Source: Candidatus Azophilus sp.
GTDB lineage: Bacteria; Pseudomonadota; Gammaproteobacteria; Pseudomonadales; Azotimanducaceae
Direction: 5' to 3'
NCBI GenBank assembly: GCA_965220835.1
Contig: OZ244842.1
Location: 3,495,611 to 3,559,610, forward strand
Length of the DNA stretch: 64,000 nucleotides
The position numbers were made by a program, and so were the translations under genes. The notes beneath the pieces are model-generated. The model was given only the letters and a program-made list of their open reading frames with translations. It searched no databases and was not told the origin of the DNA. Of the stretch, positions 29,673-37,183 are shown one piece after another; position 1 is the stretch's first letter; each line of letters opens with the position of its first letter.

Positions 29673-31580
29673 ATGCGGCAATCGCGCAGACAGTTCGTAG
29701 GCTGGAGCACGCTGGCAGCGGCGGCGGCTGGCGTGAATGTCGCCCTGCCCGCATGGGCTAGGTCCGGTGCGGCCACCGGGGTCCAGGGCTTAAGTGCGGT
29801 CTCTGGAACCACCTTCGATCTTTCCATTTCCCAGGCGCAGGTGCCGATCGACGGCAGGCTTGGCAACGCGATACTCATCAACGACAGTTTGCCCGGCCCG
29901 CTGCTGCGCTGGCGTGAAGGCCAGGACGTCACCTTGCGCGTCACCAATCACCTTGGTGCCCCAACATCAATCCACTGGCACGGCTTGCTGCTGCCGCCCG
30001 GAATGGACGGCGTGCCCGGCGTTTCCTTCCCCGGCATCGCGCCAGGCGAGACCTTTGTTTACCGGTATCCGATCCTTCAGGCGGGCACCTACTGGTACCA
30101 CAGCCACTCCGGATTGCAGGAACAGTTGGGTCACTATGGCCCGATCGTGATCGAGCCCAAGGCGGACCCGGTCAGCTTTGACCGGGAGTACGTGCTGGTG
30201 CTTTCCGACTGGACTTTCGAAAACCCTCATCACCTGTATGCCAAGCTCAAGAAGAAGAGCAACGTTTACAACCGGCAACGCCGCACCTTGGTGGAGCTCA
30301 TTGGTGACGCGCGTGAGCAAGGGTGGGGCACTGTGCTGGCCGACCGCAGCATGTGGGGTCGAATGCGCATGGATGCAACGGATCTTTCCGACGTCACCGC
30401 CTCCACCTATTCCTACCTGATCAACGGACATGGGGTGTCCGACAACTGGACCGGCCTGTTTCGCGCCGGTGAGCGCGTGCGCCTGAGGTTCGTGAACGCG
30501 GCGGCGATGACCATCTTCAACGTGCGCATTCCCGGCCTGCCCATGACGGTGGTGCAGAGCGATGGCCTTGATCTCCAGCCGGTGGAAACCGACGAGTTCC
30601 AGATCGGCGTGGCGGAAACCTTCGACGTCGTTGTCCAGCCGCTCGATTCAGCCTACACGATCATGGCGGAGTCCAATGATCGCAGCGGCTTCGGGCGGGC
30701 CACGCTGGCCGTTCGCGAAGGTTTGAGCGCACCCATTCCGGAGTTGCGCCCGCGGCCGGTGCTCTCCATGCGAGACATGGCCATGGCGCATGACATGGAG
30801 GGCGGCGGCCATGGCGGGCACAAGGCCATGGGTCATGACATGGAAGGCGGTGGCCATGACGGGCATAAAGCCATGGGTCATGACATGGAAGGCGGTGGCC
30901 ATAACGGACATAAGGCCATGGGTCATGGACGGATGTCTGACGAAAACCCGAAGCCGGCCAGTCATCACGCGCACAAGGGGCATCGCGCCCGCGCCACGCG
31001 CGCTGCTGCGACTTCAGTTCGCGAAGGCGCAACCCAGATTTTTCCTCATGCCAAGGGCCCCGGGGTGGTTGGGTTGGCGGACGTGCAGCAGTTTCGCTTG
31101 GATGAACGGCCCTTCGGCCTTGAAGACGCGCCCCACCGAGTGCTCGTTTACGCGGACCTCAAGAGCCTGACGCCGATTCCCGACCCGCGTCCGCCGGAAC
31201 GGGAGTTGGAGCTGCATCTGACGGGCAACATGGAGCGCTACATGTGGTCCTTCGATGGCGTGAAGCTCTCGGAGGTCGATGGGCCGATCGTGTTCCACGA
31301 GGGCGAGCGCCTGCGGCTGGTCATGGTGAACAACACCATGATGCTGCATCCGGTCCATCTGCACGGCATGTTCTTCGAGCTCAACACCGGCGAGGACCTG
31401 TACCGGCCGCGCAAGCACACGGTGACCATCAAGCCGGGTGAGCGCCTGTCCATCGACGTGACCGCCGATGCCTTTGGTGACTGGGCCTTCCACTGCCATC
31501 TGCTCTACCACATGCACGCAGGCATGATGCGTGTGGTTTCCGTGCGCCGCCAGGACGGCACGGCATGGCAACCCGCCTGA
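29673..31580 (+). CDS. pcoA: copper-resistance multicopper oxidase (CopA/PcoA type), Tat-exported
   Basis: 635 aa. Twin-arginine signal MRQSRRQFVGWSTLAAAAAGVNVALPAWA. Copper-ligand motifs HWHGL, WYHSHS, HPVHLHG and HCHLLYHMHAGMM. Internal Met/His-rich repeats. Confidence 0.92.
   Translation: MRQSRRQFVGWSTLAAAAAGVNVALPAWARSGAATGVQGLSAVSGTTFDLSISQAQVPIDGRLGNAILINDSLPGPLLRWREGQDVTLRVTNHLGAPTSIHWHGLLLPPGMDGVPGVSFPGIAPGETFVYRYPILQAGTYWYHSHSGLQEQLGHYGPIVIEPKADPVSFDREYVLVLSDWTFENPHHLYAKLKKKSNVYNRQRRTLVELIGDAREQGWGTVLADRSMWGRMRMDATDLSDVTASTYSYLINGHGVSDNWTGLFRAGERVRLRFVNAAAMTIFNVRIPGLPMTVVQSDGLDLQPVETDEFQIGVAETFDVVVQPLDSAYTIMAESNDRSGFGRATLAVREGLSAPIPELRPRPVLSMRDMAMAHDMEGGGHGGHKAMGHDMEGGGHDGHKAMGHDMEGGGHNGHKAMGHGRMSDENPKPASHHAHKGHRARATRAAATSVREGATQIFPHAKGPGVVGLADVQQFRLDERPFGLEDAPHRVLVYADLKSLTPIPDPRPPERELELHLTGNMERYMWSFDGVKLSEVDGPIVFHEGERLRLVMVNNTMMLHPVHLHGMFFELNTGEDLYRPRKHTVTIKPGERLSIDVTADAFGDWAFHCHLLYHMHAGMMRVVSVRRQDGTAWQPA
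30789..30923 (+). repeat. 3 x 45-bp in-frame tandem repeat encoding HDMEGGGH(G/D/N)GHKAMG
   Basis: Units at 30789-30833, 30834-30878 and 30879-30923, read directly. They lie inside the multicopper oxidase CDS. Confidence 0.9.
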
Positions 31581-32287
31581 GTCCGGCCGCGTTCATATTG
31601 GCCGCGGTGACGCTTGCCGCGCTCGGTACGGCGACGCCGGCGTGGAGCGAGGCGCGGCCCATCACCATGGCCGAAGCCAAGGCAGCGATGCTCCACGAGC
31701 ATGGTGGCGGGCGTTTCTGGATGGTGGCGGCGGAGCGCCTCGAGCGCACCATCAATTCCGGCGACCAATCAGTGTGGGACATGAGCGCTTGGTACGGCGG
31801 TGACATCCACCGGCTGCGCATCAAGTCGGAAGGCGAGTATGTGGACGGCCGGATCGAGCATGGCGATGTGCAGCTGCTGTACTCCCGCGCCACAACCGCG
31901 TTCTGGGACCTGCACGTGGGCGTGCGCAAGTCCTTAGGCCACGAGCCTGGTCGGCACTGGGCCGCGTTCGGCATTGCAGGCGTGGCGCCCTATTGGCTGG
32001 AAACGGATTTCAGTGTGTATGTCGGCGACAACGGTGCTGCCTTTGCCACCTTGGAATTGGAGCACGAACTGCTTGTCACCCAGAGGGTCGCAGTCCTTTC
32101 CCGTGGCGAGTGGGGGTTGCGGCTGGCCGGCAGCGAATTGGAAGCGCCCAGCGACGAAATGGCCCTCGGCCTGCGCTTGGCGTTCTTCCCCAGTCCTCAA
32201 CTGGCGCCGTACCTGGGCTTCGAATGGACACGTAGCGACGGGGAGAGTGACACCGTGGTGGTTGCCGGCGTCTCGCTCTGGTTCTAG
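31565..32287 (+). CDS. pcoB: copper resistance protein B (CopB/PcoB outer-membrane protein)
   Basis: 240 aa. Signal peptide AAFILAAVTLAALGTATPAWS. Family-typical GDIHRLRIKSEGEY...DLHVGVR...APYWLETDFSVYV. It overlaps the oxidase stop by 16 nt. Confidence 0.85.
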   Translation: MATRLSPAAFILAAVTLAALGTATPAWSEARPITMAEAKAAMLHEHGGGRFWMVAAERLERTINSGDQSVWDMSAWYGGDIHRLRIKSEGEYVDGRIEHGDVQLLYSRATTAFWDLHVGVRKSLGHEPGRHWAAFGIAGVAPYWLETDFSVYVGDNGAAFATLELEHELLVTQRVAVLSRGEWGLRLAGSELEAPSDEMALGLRLAFFPSPQLAPYLGFEWTRSDGESDTVVVAGVSLWF

Positions 32288-32357
32288 GCGCCGCTCCGGA
32301 CGCGGAGTGCGTGATTCAAGGGCGACGCGAAACAGAACTGGCGCACGCTGGCAGGAT

Positions 32358-32437
32358 CACCGCACGCCGGTAAAATTACCGCACGCCGGTAAAGTTACCG
32401 TACGCCGGCAAAGTTACCGTACACCGGCAAAAAGGTA
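32358..32437. repeat. 4 x 19-bp tandem repeat, each unit carrying TTACCG-N5-CGGTAA
   Basis: Units at 32358-32376, 32377-32395, 32396-32414 and 32415 onward. The last unit forms the final codons (LFAGVR-stop) of the lipoprotein gene. Confidence 0.85.
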
Positions 32438-33913
32438 ATCGGCTGCACAGGAGTCCGTTTCGTTTTGAAAGGAGACGGAAAACGCGACAGTGGACGCCGT
32501 CGGCAAGGCGAAGCGGTCAATGGTCCAAGTTCCCGTTTGGTCGCTGCTGGAACGATAGGTGCCTGACGCGGTGAGCGCTTCGGCGTTCTCCACCGGAGTG
32601 CCGGACAGCTCCAGAACCCGCCCGTAGAAGTTATCGAACTGAAGTGCCAATGCCTCGTCTTCCGCAGTGACCGTCAGTGTGGTCGAGTCTGCCAGCGGAA
32701 TGCTGCCGATGCACTCTGGCGCGCCCGCGGTCACCAAGCTCTTGCCGACCGAGGTCTGGGCTAGCAGCAACGGACCATAGGTGGCGAGAGGGGCCGCGGA
32801 CGGCATGGGCCACTCCGCCTCGATGGTGGTGCCGACGCGCGCGCCCTCGGCGCCGAGCACGACGGACTCCCGGTGGGTTGCCACGGTGCCCGCGCCATCC
32901 CCCCATTCGACGAGAACGTCATAGGGGCCGATGATCATTCCCTCGAACCGGGCGAGCGGCTCGTCACGCTCGAGCGTGACCGTCTGAGCTTGCCCGTGCC
33001 CCAGCACCTCCACCGTAGCCAGTGCGTCCCGAGACCCCTTGACCACGCCCAAGGAAGGCGGGTTTTCGAGCAAACCGGCAAACTCCAGCGTCGTCTGGCA
33101 GGAGCCAGCGGGATTTTCCAGTTCAACCAAGATGGCTGCCGCATTTGGCGCGGGCTCCGATAAGTGAGTGAGAGCCCAAGGCCCAGCCACGCCATAGGAC
33201 GACTTGAAGGTTCCCCTGGCGGTGAGCGGCGAGGAATCCGGATCGAACTGGCCAGATAGCGTCAGTGTGTCGCCTTGGGCTCCGCTGAAGTTCAGGTTCA
33301 AGGCCTCACCGTCCGCGATGAGGGCCAATTCCAAACGGGCGGCATCCTCTGCGCCGGGTTCTATGTCGGGACGCAAGCATCCTGCTTGGTCGAAATTCGC
33401 CCTGCCGGTGTAGCGACGCTGCGTGGATGTCTTGATCGCTGCTTCGACCACCAGATCGGCTCGCTGGTAGTCCACGTTCACGGTCACGTCGCCGGTGGTT
33501 TCCTGCAAGTTGATGAAGTAGGCGTAAGTGCCGATTTCCGCGCCGGCGCTGTTCACGGCAACCCGCAGGTCGTAGCGGCCAACCTCGAGGTCATCAAAGC
33601 GCACGAGCCTTGCGCCTTTCGGCATTTCCCGCTCGAACGTGCCGCTTTCGCCCTCAAGCGTGACCACGGCGACGGCGCCCGCGGGCATGGCCTCGTCTGA
33701 GCTGATGTGCAGGCGCACGATAGCCGAACTCAGCACGGGCGTCGGCTCCACCTCGACGACTTCGGCCTCCGACTCGTCCGCGGCATCCGACTCCGGCGGC
33801 ATCGGTTCAGGCACGTCAACCGTTTCACATCCCGAAACGGCCAAGAGGACGATGCCAAAAGCGAGCATCGACTTCGTTGCAGCGCACAGTTGCGCTCGAT
33901 TGGAATTCCGCAC
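32414..33913 (-). CDS. hypothetical lipoprotein with internal two-fold duplication
   Basis: 499 aa. Lipobox LLAVSGC. An acidic linker is followed by two homologous halves of about 215 aa, each with a conserved Cys pair and ending SC...(E/L)FAG(L/V). Confidence 0.7.
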   Translation of the reverse strand: MRNSNRAQLCAATKSMLAFGIVLLAVSGCETVDVPEPMPPESDAADESEAEVVEVEPTPVLSSAIVRLHISSDEAMPAGAVAVVTLEGESGTFEREMPKGARLVRFDDLEVGRYDLRVAVNSAGAEIGTYAYFINLQETTGDVTVNVDYQRADLVVEAAIKTSTQRRYTGRANFDQAGCLRPDIEPGAEDAARLELALIADGEALNLNFSGAQGDTLTLSGQFDPDSSPLTARGTFKSSYGVAGPWALTHLSEPAPNAAAILVELENPAGSCQTTLEFAGLLENPPSLGVVKGSRDALATVEVLGHGQAQTVTLERDEPLARFEGMIIGPYDVLVEWGDGAGTVATHRESVVLGAEGARVGTTIEAEWPMPSAAPLATYGPLLLAQTSVGKSLVTAGAPECIGSIPLADSTTLTVTAEDEALALQFDNFYGRVLELSGTPVENAEALTASGTYRSSSDQTGTWTIDRFALPTASTVAFSVSFQNETDSCAADYLFAGVR

Positions 33914-34221
33914 GATAGCCTTCCCCGTCAGTGTCAGTCAGCGCGCCGCTTGCTCCGCCCTCGCATTCTCCACGGCGGTGCTGAAACCGCAGTGCGTCGC
34001 AGCCCGAGCGATTCTATGAAAAATCCAAATCGCAAACAAATCGCCGCGCAGTCATCGCGCACTCATCAAGGGCCGCCACCTGTCCAGCGCCCGCGCGGCT
34101 CCGAAAGGCAAAGGGAAACCACCCCATTAGGCAGTACGAACCTTGGCCCCAAGGCCAAGGTTCGCCTTGTTTCGGCTCGTTCAAGAAATGTAGTATTCGG
34201 TGGCGGACAAAGAGGAAGATT

Positions 34222-36330
34222 GTGGGGCTGCCAAAGCGCTTGCGGACCGAACCGATGCTGCGTGCCGTGCGGCGAATCGTTCCGAATGCCGAAGGGTTGG
34301 CGGAACGCCTAAAGCGTTGCTCCGCTTGGTTAGGGCGCCAGCCGGCGGTTCGCCTGATCACCCGCGTGCTGTCTAGGATCTCCGGGCAGCTCTATGCCGG
34401 CATGGGCGCCATTGTGGCGCTGACCTTGGTCGCAAGCTTGGTGGCATGGCTGGCGTTCGAGGCGATCGGCAATGCCCAGTCCGAAGTCAACGAAACCAGC
34501 ATGCCGCAGCTTGCCGGGTCCTTCGCTGTTGCGCAGCAAGGCAGCGCTTTGGCGGTCGCGGCCATGCGTCTTTCAGGCGCTGCATCGGCTGAGGAACTCG
34601 CGCAAATTGGTTCCGAGATCGATCAGCAGCGCTTGGAGTTCGAGATTCGTCTGTCGGAACTGACGGATCACAGCGGCGAACGGTTCGATAGCGTGCGCAG
34701 CTATGGTGGGGCGCTGATCACCAACATTGACGCACTGCGGCGAGTGGCCCAGGAGCGGATGGCATTGCGGTCACGCGTTCAATCCTCGCGCGAGGAACTG
34801 GCGGGCTTGGATCGGGATCTTTCGCGCCTGCCGGCATCGGCCGCCCAGCTTCGCGACCGGGGAGCGCTGGCCGTCCAGTTCCTGGAGAGCGCGCTGGGCG
34901 CCGTTGATGCCGAGTCCCTCGAGTCCGTTGAGGAACGCCTCTCACAGCACGTCACCACCCTGCGCGGCAACAACGCCATCGCTGAAGGCCTGCGCAGGCT
35001 GGGCCTGGCTCGAGACGGCGTGATCGCACTGCGGGCACAACAGCTGGTGCTGGACGGTCGCCTGAATGATCTGGCCAGCCAGAATCGCAATCTGGCGGCG
35101 GATTTGCTCAGTGCGGTGGAGCGCCTCGTTGACGACGCGCGCAGTGCCGCCGCCGGGGCGGCCAGTGCGTCACAGGAGGCCATCGACGCCGCACTCACCC
35201 AGCTGTTCGTCATCAACGGCTTCAGCATTGTGGGTGCCATCCTGATTGCCTGGCTGCTGATCGGCCGGCTGTTGGCGCCCCGCCTGCAGGCGCTGTCCAA
35301 TCGAATGCTGGCGATGGCCGATGGCGATCTTGAGGCCCCGGTCGCCATCGGCGGCCGCGACGAAGTCGCCGAGCTCGCCTCAGCCTTGGAAGTGTTCCGG
35401 CGCCATGCCATCGAAGTGCAGCGGCTAAACCTAGTCGAAAAGCTCGCCGAAGAGTTGCGCGGCAAGAACGATCAGCTTGAAACCGCACTGGAGGACTTGC
35501 GCCACGCCCAGAACCAGATCGTGGCGAGGGAGAAACTCGCCGGTTTGGGTGAGCTCACGGCCGGCGTCGCCCACGAAATCAGAAATCCCCTCAACTTCGT
35601 GCACAACTTCTCTGAAGTCTCGGTGGACTTGATGGAGGAGCTGCTCGAGGAGCTTGCGGACAGCCAGAACGGCTTCTCCGATGATCAGAAGGAATTGCTT
35701 GAGCCCATTTGCACCGACATTTCCGGCAACCTCAAGCGCATACGCAGCCACGGCGGGCGAGCGGAACGAATCGTCGGCGACATGTTGAAGATGGGCGGCA
35801 GCACGGGTTCGCGGGAGCTGACAGCCATCAACAGCTTAATCGACGAGCAGATCAATCTCGTGCTCGCCAAGCAGGAGGGCAACGACGAGCCGCCTCTGAA
35901 CATCGAGCGGGACTTCGACTCCCAAGCGGGCAAGATTGAAGTCGTTCCACAGGACATCGCCCGCGTGGTGCAGAACTTGATCATCAACGCTTGCCAAGCC
36001 ACTGCGGAGCGCAGCCGTGCCGAAGAGGAGGCCGGCCGGACTTACGAGCCTACCATCGTCGTGGGAACCCGCAATCTGAACGATCGCCTTGAGGTGTACG
36101 TGCACGACAACGGCACTGGCATCCCTGATGACGCGGTCGACATGATTTTCAATCCCTTTTTCACCACGAGACCAACTGATCAAGGCACAGGGCTTGGGCT
36201 GTCGTTGTGCAACGACATTGCCAGGGGCCACGGCGGCTCCATCCGTGTGGAAACGGAGGTTGGCAGCCACGCCCGGATGACTTTGGAACTGCCCATCTCG
36301 CAGCTGCCCGCGGCGGAGCCGGCAGCCTAA
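34222..36330 (+). CDS. sensor histidine kinase (TM - long helical sensor - HAMP - HisKA - HATPase)
   Basis: 702 aa. H-box LGELTAGVAHEIRNPLNF, N-box NLIINACQA, G-boxes HDNGTGIP and GTGLGLSL. GTG start, with an ATG alternative at 34255. Confidence 0.85.
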   Translation: MGLPKRLRTEPMLRAVRRIVPNAEGLAERLKRCSAWLGRQPAVRLITRVLSRISGQLYAGMGAIVALTLVASLVAWLAFEAIGNAQSEVNETSMPQLAGSFAVAQQGSALAVAAMRLSGAASAEELAQIGSEIDQQRLEFEIRLSELTDHSGERFDSVRSYGGALITNIDALRRVAQERMALRSRVQSSREELAGLDRDLSRLPASAAQLRDRGALAVQFLESALGAVDAESLESVEERLSQHVTTLRGNNAIAEGLRRLGLARDGVIALRAQQLVLDGRLNDLASQNRNLAADLLSAVERLVDDARSAAAGAASASQEAIDAALTQLFVINGFSIVGAILIAWLLIGRLLAPRLQALSNRMLAMADGDLEAPVAIGGRDEVAELASALEVFRRHAIEVQRLNLVEKLAEELRGKNDQLETALEDLRHAQNQIVAREKLAGLGELTAGVAHEIRNPLNFVHNFSEVSVDLMEELLEELADSQNGFSDDQKELLEPICTDISGNLKRIRSHGGRAERIVGDMLKMGGSTGSRELTAINSLIDEQINLVLAKQEGNDEPPLNIERDFDSQAGKIEVVPQDIARVVQNLIINACQATAERSRAEEEAGRTYEPTIVVGTRNLNDRLEVYVHDNGTGIPDDAVDMIFNPFFTTRPTDQGTGLGLSLCNDIARGHGGSIRVETEVGSHARMTLELPISQLPAAEPAA

Positions 36331-36382
36331 ATCGCTGAATTGGAGCGGTTGGACTCCGACGGCCGAAACCGGACGACGGCGC

Positions 36383-37183
36383 ATGCATAAAACGGTGATC
36401 GACGTGGATGCCCTGCGGGCGCTTGATGGCCAAGTGCGCCTGATCGACTGCCGCGCCCGCCTCGGCGACTTGGGCTACGGGCGGCGAGCCTATGAACAAG
36501 GCCACATCCCCGGCGCCCAGCACGGCGACTTGGACCGCGACCTTGCCGCCCCACCCGGCCCGAAGGGCCGTCATCCGCTCCCGGACCGGGCCGCGCTGGC
36601 CAAGCGCTTCGCCGCTTGGGGCGTCAACAACGACGACCAGCTGGTCTTCTACGATGACGCGGCAGGCGCCTTCGCTGCCCGCGGGTGGTGGTTGGCCCGG
36701 TGGTGCGGCCACGAGGCGGCAGCGGTGCTCGAAGTCGGCATAGGCGCTTGGCCGGGTTCGCTGGCCACCGGTTCCCCGGTGGCGAAACGCGGCAACTTCT
36801 CGCTGCGAACACCCCTGACGCGAACCGTCGGGGTGGCCGAGATCGCGGCCAATCCAGCCGCCCTGATCCTGATCGACGCCCGCGCCCAGCGCCGCTTCGA
36901 CGGCCTTGATGAGCCTGTCGATCCGGTGGCCGGGCACATTCCCGGCGCCCACTGCCGGCCCTTTCAGGGCAACCTGGACGACGCCGGCCGTTTTCTGCCC
37001 GCCGCGCAACTGCGTGAGCGCTTCGCCAGCTTAGCGGACCATGCAGTCTGCTACTGCGGATCGGGGGTGACCGCCGCCCACAACGTGCTCGCCATGCGCT
37101 TGGCGGGCTTTGGCGAGCCGGCGCTCTATCCGGGGTCCTGGAGCGAGTGGATCAGCGACCCCGAACGCCCCATCGCGCCGTGA
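36383..37183 (+). CDS. tandem-rhodanese sulfurtransferase (SseA/thiosulfate-3-mercaptopyruvate type)
   Basis: 266 aa. YEQGHIPGAQH, HIPGAHC, and active-site loop VCYCGSGVTAAHN. Confidence 0.85.
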   Translation: MHKTVIDVDALRALDGQVRLIDCRARLGDLGYGRRAYEQGHIPGAQHGDLDRDLAAPPGPKGRHPLPDRAALAKRFAAWGVNNDDQLVFYDDAAGAFAARGWWLARWCGHEAAAVLEVGIGAWPGSLATGSPVAKRGNFSLRTPLTRTVGVAEIAANPAALILIDARAQRRFDGLDEPVDPVAGHIPGAHCRPFQGNLDDAGRFLPAAQLRERFASLADHAVCYCGSGVTAAHNVLAMRLAGFGEPALYPGSWSEWISDPERPIAP

